Assembly: GCA_034436555.1 (NCBI GenBank)
Contig: DAOTUU010000033.1
Span: forward strand, 259,720-323,719
Origin: Chloroflexota bacterium
GTDB lineage: Bacteria > Chloroflexota > Limnocylindria > Limnocylindrales > CSP1-4
Direction of reading: 5' to 3'
Length of the DNA stretch: 64,000 nt
The stretch's first letter is position 1. Every line of letters starts with the position of its first letter. The position numbers and the translations under genes are program-made. Shown here in pieces: positions 1-12,276 of this stretch. A model generated the notes under the pieces. The model did no database searches. It saw only the letters and a list, made by a program, of their open reading frames with translations, and was not told where the DNA came from.

Positions 1-259
1 TGCCGGCCCACGCAGCGCCCTTCAGCGCGAGGTTGACCGACTCCGTGCCGCCACCCGTGAACACGATCGCACGCGGCTCCGCACCGATCGCGCGGGCCAC
101 GCGCTCGTGCGCCTCGTCCAGGACGGCGCGTGCGGCGCGGCCCACCGAGTGCGCGGAGGAGGGGTTGCCCCATGCGACGGACTGGACGCGCGCCATCGCG
201 TCGAGCACCTCGGGGCGGGGCGGCGTCGTCGCCGCATGGTCCAGGTAGATGGGCGTCAC
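1..259 (-). CDS. Cysteine desulfurase / class V aminotransferase (NifS/IscS/CsdA-like), N-terminal part only; the gene continues past the window start
   Basis: Minus-strand translation of 1..259 gives (V)TPIYLDHAATTPPRPEVLDAMARVQSVAWGNPSSAHSVGRAARAVLDEAHERVARAIGAEPRAIVFTGGGTESVNLALKGAAWAG. This matches the canonical cysteine desulfurase N-terminus (IYLDxAATTP ... FTSGxTEsnNlAlkG). GTG start at 257-259; high GC3. Confidence 0.6.
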   Translation of the reverse strand, partial: MTPIYLDHAATTPPRPEVLDAMARVQSVAWGNPSSAHSVGRAARAVLDEAHERVARAIGAEPRAIVFTGGGTESVNLALKGAAWAG

Positions 260-284
260 CGCCCGATTGTAGGCGAGGGCGCCG

Positions 285-2762
285 TCAATCCCGCTCGGCC
301 CGAGACCCGCCGCGGATGCGCAGGCCGCGAGGGTCCCACAGGGGCTCGGCGGTGACGGTCGCGCCGACCCACGTCCCGAACAGGTCGACCTCGGCGCGCG
401 TGCCGATGGCCGCCCGGTCCGCAGGCAGGTAGGCGTACGCGATGGACCGCTCCACCGCGAAGCCGTAGCCGCCGCTCGTCACCCGGCCGACCACCGCGCC
501 ATCGAGGCGCACCGGCTCGTTGCCCAGGCAGACGCTGCGAGGGTCGTCCAGCACGAGGCAGCGCAGGCGACGGCGCGGCCCGGCGGCCCTCGCGGCTGTC
601 AGCGCGTCGCGAGCCATCGCCGGCGGCACCTTGTCCAGGGCGACCGCGAAGCCCAGCCCGGCCTCCCACGGGTCCTCGTCGGGCGTGACGTCCACGGACC
701 AGACGCGGTAGCCCTTCTCCAGCCGGAGCGCCTCGATGGCGCGGTAGCCGCCCGCGACCAGGCCATGCGCGCGTCCGGCGTCCCACAGCGCGTCCCACAG
801 GGCGCGCCCGTACTCCGACGAGGTGTACAGCTCCCAGCCCAGCTCCCCGACGTACGTCACCCGCAGCGCGAGCACCGGCACCGGCCCCACGCTCAGCTCC
901 TGCGCGGTCAGGTAGGGGAACGCCTCATCGGCGAGCGAGGTCCGCGTGAGCGGCTGGAGGATGTCGCGCGCCCGGGGCCCCCACAGGCCCAGGCACGCCC
1001 GCGCGCCCGTGACGTCGCGGATGGCCACATCCTCTCCGTCGGGGAGGTGGCCCCGCAGCCACGCGGCGTCGTGATTGCCGTACGCCGTGCCCGTGACGAG
1101 CAGGAACGTGTCGGGTCCGGCGCGGGTGATGGTCACGTCCCCCTGGATGCCGCCCCGGCGGTCCAGGAGCTGCGTGTACACGACCGACCCGACCGGACGG
1201 TCCAGGTCGTTGCCTGCGACGCGCTGGAGGAAGGCGAGGGCGCCCCGTCCCGAGATCTCCAGCTTCGCGAACGAGCTCTCGTCGAACAGCGCCGCGGCCT
1301 CGCGCGTGGCGAGCGCCTCGGCGGCGATGGAGGGCGACCAGTGACGGCCGGCCCATCCGTGCGGGCGCAGCCGCTCCAGGGACTCCCGACCCCCGAACCG
1401 CGGATCGTCGGCATTGGGCTCGAACCAGTTCGGTCGCTCCCATCCCGACTTCTCGCCGAAGACCGCGCCCAGTCCGGCCAGCCGCTCGTAGGTCGGCGCG
1501 GTGCGCAGGGGTCTGCCCGCCTGGCGCTCCTCGGCGGGATAGTGGATGTCGTAGTACGTGGCGTAGACCTCCGTGGTCCGCGCGAGCGTGTGCCGCCCAG
1601 AGCGGTACGCCGCTCCGAACCGGCGGATGTCCATCCTCCACAGGTCCAGCTCCGGCTCGCCGTCCACGATCCACGCGGCCATCTGCCGCCCGACACCCCC
1701 CGCCCCCGCGATGCCGTGCGCGCAGAACCCGGCGGCGACCCAGAAGCCGCGCACGTCGGTCTCACCCAGCAGGAACTCGTTGTCCGGCGTGAACGCCTCC
1801 GGGCCGTTGATGAACCGGCGCACGCCCGCATCCCGGACCGCCGGGACGCGTCGCACCGCGCCCTCCGCGATGGGCTCGAAGCGCGCGTGGTCCGGTGCCA
1901 GCAGGCGACCGTTGAAGTCGTCCGGCACGCCGTCCAGGGACCACGGGGCCGGATCGCGCTCGTAGCCGCCGAACAGGAGCCCGCCCAGGTCCTCCCGGAA
2001 GTAGACCAGGTTGTCCGGGTCGCGCAGCTGTGGCAGGCCGGCGTGGACGCCCCCGATCGCGTCCGTGAACAGGTACTGGTGGGCCATCGGGATGATGGGC
2101 ACGCTCACGCCCGCCAGCCGTCCGATGTCCGGCGCGTACATGCCGCCCGCGTTGACCACGACCTGCGTCGCGATTCGGCGACGCTCGCCCCCCTCCTCCA
2201 CCATCACGCCGGTGACGCGGCCGCGCGCCTGTTCCACGGCGACGACGCGCGCGTGCTGGCGGATCGTGGCACCGCCGGCGCGCGCGCCGGCCGCCAGCGA
2301 GAGGGCGAGGCCGCTGGGGTCGAGCCAGCCATCCGTGGGCAGCCAGACCGCACCCAGCACGCCGTCGGTGGTCATCAGCGGGAAGCGGTCCTGTGCCTCC
2401 CGCGCCGAGATGAGGTCCAACGGGAGACCGAACGAGCGCGCCCAGGCGACCTGGCGCCTCAGCTCCTCCAGCCGCTCCGGGGAGCTGGCGAGGCGCAGCG
2501 ACCCCACCTCGTGCCAGCCCGGATCCACCCCCGTCTCGGCCCCCAGGCGTCGGTACAGGTCGGCACCAGCCATCATCATCCGGGTCAGGCTCACGGAGCC
2601 GCGGAGCTGCCCGACCAGCCCGGCGGAATGGAACGTCGATCCGGAGGTCAGCTCCGCGCGGTCGAGCAGCACGATGTCCGACCAGCCCCGCTGCACGAGA
2701 TGGTAGGCGATCGAGGTCCCGCCGACCCCGCCCCCGGTGATGACGACGCGCGCATGGTCCAT
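285..2762 (-). CDS. Dimethylglycine/sarcosine dehydrogenase family protein (FAD-dependent oxidoreductase fused to a GcvT-like aminomethyltransferase domain)
   Basis: ORF 285..2861 minus. I place the start at ATG 2762 (MDHARVVITGGGVGGTSIAYHL, Rossmann FAD motif GxGxxG). About 825 aa with a C-terminal folate-binding GcvT-like region. Length and domain order match DMGDH/SardH. Confidence 0.85.
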   Translation of the reverse strand: MDHARVVITGGGVGGTSIAYHLVQRGWSDIVLLDRAELTSGSTFHSAGLVGQLRGSVSLTRMMMAGADLYRRLGAETGVDPGWHEVGSLRLASSPERLEELRRQVAWARSFGLPLDLISAREAQDRFPLMTTDGVLGAVWLPTDGWLDPSGLALSLAAGARAGGATIRQHARVVAVEQARGRVTGVMVEEGGERRRIATQVVVNAGGMYAPDIGRLAGVSVPIIPMAHQYLFTDAIGGVHAGLPQLRDPDNLVYFREDLGGLLFGGYERDPAPWSLDGVPDDFNGRLLAPDHARFEPIAEGAVRRVPAVRDAGVRRFINGPEAFTPDNEFLLGETDVRGFWVAAGFCAHGIAGAGGVGRQMAAWIVDGEPELDLWRMDIRRFGAAYRSGRHTLARTTEVYATYYDIHYPAEERQAGRPLRTAPTYERLAGLGAVFGEKSGWERPNWFEPNADDPRFGGRESLERLRPHGWAGRHWSPSIAAEALATREAAALFDESSFAKLEISGRGALAFLQRVAGNDLDRPVGSVVYTQLLDRRGGIQGDVTITRAGPDTFLLVTGTAYGNHDAAWLRGHLPDGEDVAIRDVTGARACLGLWGPRARDILQPLTRTSLADEAFPYLTAQELSVGPVPVLALRVTYVGELGWELYTSSEYGRALWDALWDAGRAHGLVAGGYRAIEALRLEKGYRVWSVDVTPDEDPWEAGLGFAVALDKVPPAMARDALTAARAAGPRRRLRCLVLDDPRSVCLGNEPVRLDGAVVGRVTSGGYGFAVERSIAYAYLPADRAAIGTRAEVDLFGTWVGATVTAEPLWDPRGLRIRGGSRAERD

Positions 2763-2772
2763 GACCGCCAGC

Positions 2773-3693
2773 CTACCCGCTGGCCGCCACCGCCCGCAGG
2801 GCCGCGGTGAACGCCGGGGTGGTCGCCCCGGCGAGCGCCCGCTCGAGGTGCCCGACGGCATAGCCCCGGAAGTCGACGTCGAGGATGCTGATCGCCTGCT
2901 GGAGCACGCCCCACATCCCCTCCCGGATGTCCGAGGCGACGCGCATCAGCGCGATCCGGGCGAGCTCGTGCGGCGCGGGCGCGCGGCCCAGGTAGCTGGT
3001 CGCCAGATGGGCGTCCTCGTCGGGCGTGAGCCCGTGGTTGATGGACAGGTTGCCCAGGTCGAACCACGGGTCGCCCATGCCCGCGTACTCCCAGTCCACG
3101 ATCCGGATGCGCCGCCCATCGTCGATGAGGTTCGCGCTCAGCAGGTCGTTGTGACAGGGCGCCAGGGGCTGGCGCGCGGCGAGACAGGCGCGCTCGATGT
3201 CCCGACCCACGGCCTCCGCGCGCGCCCAGGCGAGTGGCGGCTCGGTGCCCCGGGCGCGCGCGAGGGCCGCGTACAGCTCCGCGGTGCGCCGGGGCGCGAA
3301 CAGACCCGGCACCGGCGGCCCCCCGTGGACCCGCCGCAGCGAGTCCGCCACGCGCTCGAGCATGCCTCGGTCATGGAGCGCCTCGGGGCTCACGGGCGAG
3401 CCCGCGATGAAGCGGGTGACCAGGATCCCCTCGGCACGCAGGAACGCGACCACCTCCGGCCCGACGCCCGCGCCCGCTGCGGCCACCGTGGCCGCATGCT
3501 CCAGATCCCTGCTGATGCCCAGCAGGTGCGTGTCGTTCCCGGCGAGCCGGACGACGTACCGCTCGTCGGTCCCGCTCGCGGCCACCAGGAGGTTGCGGTT
3601 CGTGAGCCCGCCCGAGAGGGCCGTGAGGGTCAGTTCCCGGCCCGCCAGCCCAGGGACCCGTGCCAGCGCCGCCTCGACTCCGGGCTCGATCAC
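2773..3693 (-). CDS. Choline/ethanolamine kinase-like phosphotransferase (APH/ChoK family)
   Basis: 306 aa. Motifs LTNRNLLV (Brenner-like), CHNDLLSANLI (catalytic HxD...N) and IDWEYAGMGDPWFDLGN (DxE/choline kinase motif). Sits immediately upstream of the DMGDH-like gene. Confidence 0.7.
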   Translation of the reverse strand: MIEPGVEAALARVPGLAGRELTLTALSGGLTNRNLLVAASGTDERYVVRLAGNDTHLLGISRDLEHAATVAAAGAGVGPEVVAFLRAEGILVTRFIAGSPVSPEALHDRGMLERVADSLRRVHGGPPVPGLFAPRRTAELYAALARARGTEPPLAWARAEAVGRDIERACLAARQPLAPCHNDLLSANLIDDGRRIRIVDWEYAGMGDPWFDLGNLSINHGLTPDEDAHLATSYLGRAPAPHELARIALMRVASDIREGMWGVLQQAISILDVDFRGYAVGHLERALAGATTPAFTAALRAVAASG

Positions 3694-3699
3694 GGACGG

Positions 3700-4557
3700 C
3701 TACTTGCCGCCCGCGATGACCGTGAAGCCCTTGGGCAGCGTGACGGCGCAGCTGCTGATCGCGATGTCGCCGTCCGCGAGCCACCATCGGCAGGCCGTGC
3801 CGTCCGGGTTGTAGAACAGCAGCGAATCCGCGGTCCCGGCGATGATCGCCCAGGGTACGAACGCGGACGAGCTGTGGGACCCGAAGAAGGGCGGATCATG
3901 CTGGGCGTCCATGATCCCCCAGCCGCCGAACAGCCCGCCGGCCGTCTCCACCAGGAACATGTAGGAATCGCTGGTCGTGGCGAGGCGCGCGATCGACTCC
4001 GTCCCGACCGTGTTGACGGTGTTGCCTGGCCTGAGGTCCCCGCCGCCCATCGCGAAGGTCGTCACCGTTCCCAGGTCCACGCCGACATCCCAGAGCACCA
4101 GGGCATCGCAGGTCGCGGCGATGCGCTCGGCACCGGCGACCAGGAACCCCGACGACCGATTGCGGAACCGCCCGTTGATGAGGGTCCCCATGAGGTACCG
4201 ACCCGTGGTTCGGTTGTACAGCACGAGCGAATCGCAGCTCGCCGCGGCATGCGTGAACCCGGAGCGGACGGTCATGGACTCCACCGGCGCATAGGCGCCT
4301 CTGCGGAAGGTGCCCGTGCGCAGCCGCCCGGTCGACCGCGTGTAGAGCGCCAGGCTCGAGCGGCTCGCGGCAGCCAGGTCGACACCGCGCAGGGCGAAGC
4401 TGTCGACCTTCGTGTAGATCCGGTGCTTGAGCGTGCCCGTGACCGCCTTGCCCGGCTTCCACAGCAGGATGGAATGGTTGGGGCCGGCCGCAGCGCCCGG
4501 GGACGCGAGCGCGAGGAGCAGGACGACCAGGATCGGCAGCAGCAACGGACGCCACAT
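3700..4557 (-). CDS. Secreted hypothetical protein with four degenerate ~45-aa tandem repeats
   Basis: Start set at MWRPLLLPILVVLLLALASPGAAAG (signal peptide), ATG at 4555-4557. Repeats: SLALYTRSTGRLRTGTF / SLVLYNRTTGRYLMGTL / ALVLWDVGVDLGTVTTF / SLLFYNPDGTACRWWL. Confidence 0.55.
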   Translation of the reverse strand: MWRPLLLPILVVLLLALASPGAAAGPNHSILLWKPGKAVTGTLKHRIYTKVDSFALRGVDLAAASRSSLALYTRSTGRLRTGTFRRGAYAPVESMTVRSGFTHAAASCDSLVLYNRTTGRYLMGTLINGRFRNRSSGFLVAGAERIAATCDALVLWDVGVDLGTVTTFAMGGGDLRPGNTVNTVGTESIARLATTSDSYMFLVETAGGLFGGWGIMDAQHDPPFFGSHSSSAFVPWAIIAGTADSLLFYNPDGTACRWWLADGDIAISSCAVTLPKGFTVIAGGK

Positions 4558-4636
4558 GGTTCGGGAGCACCTCGGCCGCGGAGTGGACGGGAGGGACACT
4601 ACGCGCAACGGCCGAGGCTGTCACCCCGGAATCCGC

Positions 4637-6562
<1,926 letters not shown>

Positions 6563-6653
6563 GGGGAGCGTGATGGTCCCACATCCGGGCGGTGGACGCG
6601 CGCGGGTCGTATCCTCGTCGGGAACCGATGCCACAGGAGGCCACGTCCGCCAC

Positions 6654-7853
6654 GTGCTGACCCGACGACCGGAGCCGCGTCCCTGGGACGTGATCGCGCT
6701 CGAGGTGCTGCTGACCGTCGCCTGCGCCGTCCAGGTCGGCCTGCTGCTCTGGCTGGCGGTCGCGACGTGGGAGGAGCGGGGCGCGCCGGGCATGGTCATC
6801 GGCGTGCTGGTCATGGTGGCCATGGCGGTGGGCGCCGGCTGGTTCCTGTGGCTCACGGGCGTGAACGGCTGGCTGCTGGCGGGCGCCAGCGGCGTGGCCG
6901 GGATCGAGGTCGCGTTCCTGATGGTGCTGGGCGCGACCGGCCAGGTGCTCGGCGTCGGCGCCGGACCGCTGCTGCTCAGCCTGGGCGCCGCCGTCCTGGG
7001 CGTGTCATGCGGCATCTTCCTGCCGGCGCCGTCGGCGCGGCGATACGCGCCCACCCCGCGCGCCCGCGAGGTCGCGGGCGGCCCGCCCTCGGCACCCCCG
7101 ATCTCGCCGAGCGTCGCCGCGGCGGCCGACCGCTACGCCCGCCCGGTGGTCACGGGCGCGGTCGCGCTGACCGTCGCGGGCGCCCGCCGGATGCGTCGGA
7201 CCGGCGGTCCGTCCGCGGGCCCGGTCGAACCCTCGGTCGATGCCGCCCCCGACCCCGTGCTCCAGCCTCGCCCCGGCACCCCCATCCGGACCATGGCGCC
7301 CGCGGCGGGCACGGTGGACGGGCCGCCGACTGCCGTCGCGGGAAGCGCCTCCAAGGGCTCGACGGCCACCGTGCCGGCCCCGGCCGCGGGGACGCCGGCC
7401 GCGGGCGCGTCCATCGCCGCGAGCCCCGCCACCCCGGCCGCCGGGACGCCGGCCGCCGGGACGCCGGCCGCGGGCAGCGCCACCCGCTCCGGAACCGGGC
7501 GCACCCCCGGCGCGACCCCCGATCCGGGGGCCATCGCGCGCCAGGCGCGCGCCTCCATCGACGCGGAGTTGGCCAAGCCCCGTGGCGCCGGTCGAGGTGA
7601 CGCACCCGCCGGCACCGCGCCGGGATTCCGCCACGTCGACCCGCCCCCGCCCGCCACACGCGTCCCCGCACCATCCGGGGTCGAGCCCCGGTTCAGTCCA
7701 TCGGGTGGGTCGACCCCGCCCCGGCCGCCGACCGGCTCGCCGACGGCCCGCGCCGGGGACGCCCCGCAGCCGTCCGACCCCTCCTCGGTCACGCCGAGCC
7801 TCCGGCAGGTGCCGCCGGCCGATGGCGGCGACGGCACAGGGGTCGGACGGTGA
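6654..7853 (+). CDS. Membrane protein with four predicted TM helices and a long Pro/Ala/Thr/Gly-rich low-complexity C-terminal tail
   Basis: GTG 6654 preceded by AGGAGG at 6635-6640. N-terminal hydrophobic segments ([51 protein letters not shown] ...). Very high GC3. Stop overlaps the next start (GTGA). Confidence 0.5.
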   Translation: MLTRRPEPRPWDVIALEVLLTVACAVQVGLLLWLAVATWEERGAPGMVIGVLVMVAMAVGAGWFLWLTGVNGWLLAGASGVAGIEVAFLMVLGATGQVLGVGAGPLLLSLGAAVLGVSCGIFLPAPSARRYAPTPRAREVAGGPPSAPPISPSVAAAADRYARPVVTGAVALTVAGARRMRRTGGPSAGPVEPSVDAAPDPVLQPRPGTPIRTMAPAAGTVDGPPTAVAGSASKGSTATVPAPAAGTPAAGASIAASPATPAAGTPAAGTPAAGSATRSGTGRTPGATPDPGAIARQARASIDAELAKPRGAGRGDAPAGTAPGFRHVDPPPPATRVPAPSGVEPRFSPSGGSTPPRPPTGSPTARAGDAPQPSDPSSVTPSLRQVPPADGGDGTGVGR

Positions 7854-8542
7854 CGGTCGCGGCGGTCATCCTCGCCACGCCGCCGGATCTCGGGCCCGGC
7901 GACCCGTCGGCGCGTGCCGGGGTCCGGCGCGCCGTGGAGACGGCCTGGGCCGGCGGCGCGATGCCCATCGTCGTGGTCGCAGCGGATCCCGACGGGCTCC
8001 TCGCGGGGGCGCTGGCGGGCAGCCAGGCCACGCTCGTGACGCCCGCCCCTCTCGACACCGGCCCGATGGCGCACCTCGCGCGCGGGATGCGCGTCGCCGT
8101 CGACCTCGTCTCCGGGACCGATGCGGTCCTGGCCTGGCCTGCGCGGTTCGCGTGGGTCGGCCCGGAGACCGTCACCAGCCTGCTCCAGGCGCACGGCCTG
8201 GATCCGGACACGCCGCTGCGACCCCGCTGGCAGGGCGAGGACGGCTGGCCGGTGCTCGTCCCGGTCCCGTGGCTTGCATCCCGCGAGCCCCGCCGGGCCG
8301 GACCATCCCGGGATGACCTGGCCAGCGAACTCCTGGACGCCGACACACCCACCCGATCGCTGGACCTGGGCGATCCGGGCAGCGTCATCGACCGCACAAC
8401 GCCCATCGACGCGCTGCCGCCGTACCAGGGTCCGTCAGAGCCCCCGGTCACGCCTCCCGACTGGGGCGCGTCGGTTCCCGACGCCATCGAGGAGCTGCCC
8501 GCCCGGCCCATCGTCCGGATCGACGCGGGCCACGACGCCTGA
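7850..8542 (+). CDS. Nucleotidyltransferase-like (MobA/CofC-like NTP-transferase fold) protein, putative
   Basis: GTG start overlapping the upstream stop (GTGA). N-terminus [16 protein letters not shown] resembles the NTP-transferase glycine-rich loop. The assignment is weak. Confidence 0.4.
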   Translation: MTVAAVILATPPDLGPGDPSARAGVRRAVETAWAGGAMPIVVVAADPDGLLAGALAGSQATLVTPAPLDTGPMAHLARGMRVAVDLVSGTDAVLAWPARFAWVGPETVTSLLQAHGLDPDTPLRPRWQGEDGWPVLVPVPWLASREPRRAGPSRDDLASELLDADTPTRSLDLGDPGSVIDRTTPIDALPPYQGPSEPPVTPPDWGASVPDAIEELPARPIVRIDAGHDA

Positions 8543-8729
8543 CGGCGAGCCGGGGACGTCGGACGGCCGCTTACCGCGGACGGCGGATCAGACCGTCGGC
8601 AGCGACTCCCGCCCGCTAGCATGGCACCAGGTCCCGGCCCGCGGTGACCCTGTCGGGTCCACGGGACGATGGCCGATCGGAGAGGACCGGCGGGCGTCGT
8701 CCGCCGGCGCAGTGCACGGAGGAGCATCC

Positions 8730-9788
8730 ATGCGACGACGACTCGCGACCCTGCTGGCCGCAGGGACCGCCCTGGCGTCCGCCACCGGGGTGAGCGCCCA
8801 GGACCCGAACCCCTCGCCCACGCCACCGCCCGATGCCCAGGCCGTCCTCGCCACCGTCCAGGCGCGGGGGCATCTCGTGTGCGGCGTCAACGGCAGCCTG
8901 CCCGGCTTCTCGGTCCTGGACGAGGCGACCGGCGCCTACTCCGGCTTCGACGCCGACTTCTGCCGCGCGGTGGCCGCCGCCGTCCTGGGCGACCCGACCA
9001 AGGTGGAGTTCCGACCCCTGACCGCGGCACAGCGCGGCCCCGCGCTGCAGACCGGCGAGGTGGACGTGCTCATCCGGAACACGACCTGGACCATCAGCCG
9101 CGACAACACGTGGGGCGAGTTCGCGCCCACCACGTTCTATGACGGCCAGGGCCTGATGGTCCGCGGCGACCTCGGGGTGTCGAGCCTGGAGGACCTCGCG
9201 GGCGCCACCATCTGCGTCCAGTCGGGCACCACCACCGAGCTCAACATCACCGACGCGTTCCGGGCCCGTGGGCTGGAGTTCACGCCGCTCGTGTTCGCCG
9301 AGATCGACCCCACGTATGCGGCCTATGACGAGGGCCGCTGCGACGCGGTCACCAGCGACCGGTCCCAGCTGGCCGGGCGGCGCACCACGTTCGCGGATCC
9401 CGCGGCCCACGTCATCCTGGACGACGTGCTGTCCAAGGAGCCGCTCGGCCCGGTCGTGCCCATGGGCGACCCCCAGTGGTTCGACATCGTGAAGTGGGTC
9501 GTGTTCGCGACGTTCGAGGCCGAGGAGCTGGGCATCACGAGCGAGAACGTCGCGTCCATGGTCGGCGGCGACGATCCCGTGGTGCGCCGGTTCCTGGGCG
9601 ACGAGGGCGACCTCGGCCAGGCGATGGCGCTGTCCAACGATTTCGTGGTCAAGGTCATCTCCGGGGTCGGCAACTACGGCGAGATCTTCGCGCGGAACCT
9701 GGGACCGGACACGCCGTTCGCGCTGGAGCGCGGCCTGAACGCCCTGTGGAAGGACGGCGGGCTGCTCTACTCGCCACCCTTCCGCTGA
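8730..9788 (+). CDS. aapJ: General L-amino acid ABC transporter, periplasmic substrate-binding protein (AapJ/BztA-like)
   Basis: ATG 8730 with GGAGG 8 nt upstream. Signal peptide MRRRLATLLAAGTALASATGVSAQ. SBP family 3 motifs (LVCGVNGSLPGFS, VDVLIRNTTWT). Followed by two permeases and an ATPase. Confidence 0.85.
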   Translation: MRRRLATLLAAGTALASATGVSAQDPNPSPTPPPDAQAVLATVQARGHLVCGVNGSLPGFSVLDEATGAYSGFDADFCRAVAAAVLGDPTKVEFRPLTAAQRGPALQTGEVDVLIRNTTWTISRDNTWGEFAPTTFYDGQGLMVRGDLGVSSLEDLAGATICVQSGTTTELNITDAFRARGLEFTPLVFAEIDPTYAAYDEGRCDAVTSDRSQLAGRRTTFADPAAHVILDDVLSKEPLGPVVPMGDPQWFDIVKWVVFATFEAEELGITSENVASMVGGDDPVVRRFLGDEGDLGQAMALSNDFVVKVISGVGNYGEIFARNLGPDTPFALERGLNALWKDGGLLYSPPFR

Positions 9789-9861
9789 TCGCCCGGCCAC
9801 CTGATCGACGCCCGGCCGGCACACGCCGCGCCGGGCGTCGCCTCACCCGAGGGCGCCCGGC

Positions 9862-11061
9862 ATGACCGACCGTCCGTCGACGCCATCGCGACCGTCCGTC
9901 GGCGCGGCCACGCCACCCTGGCGCGACGTGCGGGTCCTGGGTGCGCTCACCCAGGCGGCCGTGCTCGGCGCGGTCGGGGTCGTCGCGTGGTTCCTGGTGG
10001 GCAACCTCCTGGGCGGCATGTCGCTGCGCGGGCTGTCGTTCGCGCCCACGTTCCTGGGCACGACCGCCGGGTTCGAGATCGCCGAGACCACCATCTCCTA
10101 CACGCCCACGGACACCTACGCCCGGGCGCTCCTGGCCGGTCTCGCAAACACGCTGCTGGTGGCGGTCCTGGGCATCGTCCTGTCGACCATCCTGGGCGTC
10201 CTGGCGGGCGTCGCCCGGCTGTCGTCGAACTGGCTCCTGTCCCGCCTCACGGCAGGGTACGTGGAGCTGTTCCGGAACACGCCGCTGCTGGTGCAGCTGT
10301 TCCTGCTCTATTTCGTGGTGTTCCTCCAGCTGCCCGCCGTCCGAGACTCGATCGTGGTCGGGGACGCCGTGTACCTCAACCAGCGGGGCATCAGCCTGCC
10401 GCGTCCGATGCCGGCGGCCGGGGCCGAGGTGTTCCTGGTCGCGCTGGCGGCGGGCATCGGGCTCGCGGTGGCCGTCCGCCGATGGGCCTCCCGACCACGC
10501 GCGGACGTCCGGCGCCTGCCGGGTTCGGGCTGGCTTGCGCTCGCGGTCCTCGTCGCGCTGCCCGCGTTCGCCTGGCTCGTCCAGCCGGCTCCCCCGTTCG
10601 GCGTGGATGTCCCCGTGCGCGGCACGTTCAACGTGCGGGGCGGGCTGACCGTCACCCCCGAGTTCGCGGCGCTGCTGCTGAGCCTCGTGCTCTACACCTC
10701 CGCGTTCATCGCGGAGATCGTGCGGGGTGGCATCCAGGCGGTGCCCCGCGGCCAGATCGAGGCCGCCCATGCGCTCGGCCTGTCCGACGCGGTCGTGCTT
10801 CGGCGCGTGGTGCTGCCCCAGGCGATGCGCGTGATCGTGCCCCCGCTCACGAGCCAGTACCTCAACCTGCTCAAGAACTCCAGCCTGGCCATCGCCATCG
10901 GCTATCCCGACCTGTTCAACGTCAGCACGACGGTGGCCAACCAGACCGGCCAGCCGGTGGCCGTGATGGGCCTGGTCATGGTCACGTACCTGCTGCTCAG
11001 CCTCCTGGGCTCCGCGATCATGGGCGTCGTGAACCGGCGCGTGCAGCTGAGGGAGCGCTGA
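9862..11061 (+). CDS. aapQ: Amino acid ABC transporter permease (AapQ/BztB-like)
   Basis: 399 aa polytopic. EAA-like loop [23 protein letters not shown]. Confidence 0.85.
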   Translation: MTDRPSTPSRPSVGAATPPWRDVRVLGALTQAAVLGAVGVVAWFLVGNLLGGMSLRGLSFAPTFLGTTAGFEIAETTISYTPTDTYARALLAGLANTLLVAVLGIVLSTILGVLAGVARLSSNWLLSRLTAGYVELFRNTPLLVQLFLLYFVVFLQLPAVRDSIVVGDAVYLNQRGISLPRPMPAAGAEVFLVALAAGIGLAVAVRRWASRPRADVRRLPGSGWLALAVLVALPAFAWLVQPAPPFGVDVPVRGTFNVRGGLTVTPEFAALLLSLVLYTSAFIAEIVRGGIQAVPRGQIEAAHALGLSDAVVLRRVVLPQAMRVIVPPLTSQYLNLLKNSSLAIAIGYPDLFNVSTTVANQTGQPVAVMGLVMVTYLLLSLLGSAIMGVVNRRVQLRER

Positions 11062-11064
11062 CCC

Positions 11065-12276
11065 ATGAGCGCCGCCGGACTGACCATCCGCCCACCGGAG
11101 CCGCCTCCTCCCGCGGAGCGGCTGACGGCGTGGGGGTGGGCCCGTCGGAACCTGTTCGGAAGCCCTTCGAGCGCGATCGTCACGGTCGTCCTCGCCATCG
11201 CCCTCGCCTGGCTCGCGGTGCTGGTCGGGACCTGGGCCCTCACGGCCGCGCGATGGGGTGTCGTCACCGACAACCTGCGGCTGTTCCTGATCGGTCTGTA
11301 CCCGCCCGCGGAGGCATGGCGGCCGTGGCTGTGTCTCGCCCTCCTGTCCATCCTGGCGGGGCTCTCCGCCGGTGCCCGGGACGGTGCCGCGCGCACCGCG
11401 GCGACCTGGCTCGCGGCGGGACAGGCGGCGCTCGCGCTGCTGGTGCTCGCCTCGCCCATGGGCCTCGCGCCGGCGCTGGCGCTGGCCGCGAGCGGCGGAG
11501 CGGTGGTGGCGGCCCGTCTGGTCGCGGCCCGCCGGCCGGTCCGGGCGCGCTGGCTCCGCTGGGGCTGGCTGCTGGCGCTGCCAGCCGCGTGGCTGCTCCT
11601 CGGGGGCTGGTCCGGCGGGCCACTCGTGCGGGTGCCACCCGACTCCTGGGGCGGCCTGCTGCTGACGCTCGTGCTGGCGCTGGTGAGCATCCTGCTCTCG
11701 TTCCCGCTGGGCGTGCTGCTGGCGCTCGGTCGCCGGTCGTCGCTGCGTCTCGTGCGGCTGCTGTGCATCGCGCTCATCGAGTTGGTGCGAGGCGTCCCGC
11801 TGGTGACCATCATCTACCTCGCGGACATCCTGCTGCCCCTGCTGCTGGGCGACGTGCGCATCGACCGCGTGGTGCGTGCCATCGGCGGCCTGACCCTGTT
11901 CTGCGCGGCGTACGTCGCCGAGAACGTGCGGGGCGGACTCCAGGCCATCCCGCGCGGCCAGGTCGAGGCGGCCCACGCGCTGGGCATGGGCACCATCGCC
12001 ATCCATCGGTTCATCATCCTGCCGCAGGCGCTGCGGATGGTCATCCCCGCCAACGTGGGCCTGTTCCTGAGCCTGCTCAAGGACACCACCTTGGTCATCA
12101 TCGTGAGCCTGCTGGAGCTGCTGGGCATCGGCCGCGCCGTGCTCGCCCAGCCGGAGTGGCTGGGCACCCAGGTGGAGGTCTACGTGTTCGTCGCCGCGGT
12201 GTTCTTCGTGCTGTGCTGGACCATCGCACAGGCGAGCTATCGGCTGGAAGCCACGCTGGGGGTCGGCCGACGATGA
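11065..12276 (+). CDS. aapM: Amino acid ABC transporter permease (AapM/BztC-like)
   Basis: 403 aa polytopic. [23 protein letters not shown] loop. Confidence 0.85.
   Translation: MSAAGLTIRPPEPPPPAERLTAWGWARRNLFGSPSSAIVTVVLAIALAWLAVLVGTWALTAARWGVVTDNLRLFLIGLYPPAEAWRPWLCLALLSILAGLSAGARDGAARTAATWLAAGQAALALLVLASPMGLAPALALAASGGAVVAARLVAARRPVRARWLRWGWLLALPAAWLLLGGWSGGPLVRVPPDSWGGLLLTLVLALVSILLSFPLGVLLALGRRSSLRLVRLLCIALIELVRGVPLVTIIYLADILLPLLLGDVRIDRVVRAIGGLTLFCAAYVAENVRGGLQAIPRGQVEAAHALGMGTIAIHRFIILPQALRMVIPANVGLFLSLLKDTTLVIIVSLLELLGIGRAVLAQPEWLGTQVEVYVFVAAVFFVLCWTIAQASYRLEATLGVGRR

Noticed and set aside
765-2810. 681-aa plus-strand ORF antisense to the DMGDH gene
   Set aside because: Arg/Pro/Gly-rich low-complexity translation typical of antisense frames in high-GC DNA. 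No motifs. Fully overlapped by a well-supported gene
9987-12272. N-terminal 760 aa of the 1016-aa plus-strand ORF that ends as aapP
   Set aside because: Only the last 254 aa (from ATG 12273) resemble an ABC ATPase. The upstream part is an out-of-frame overlap of the permease genes
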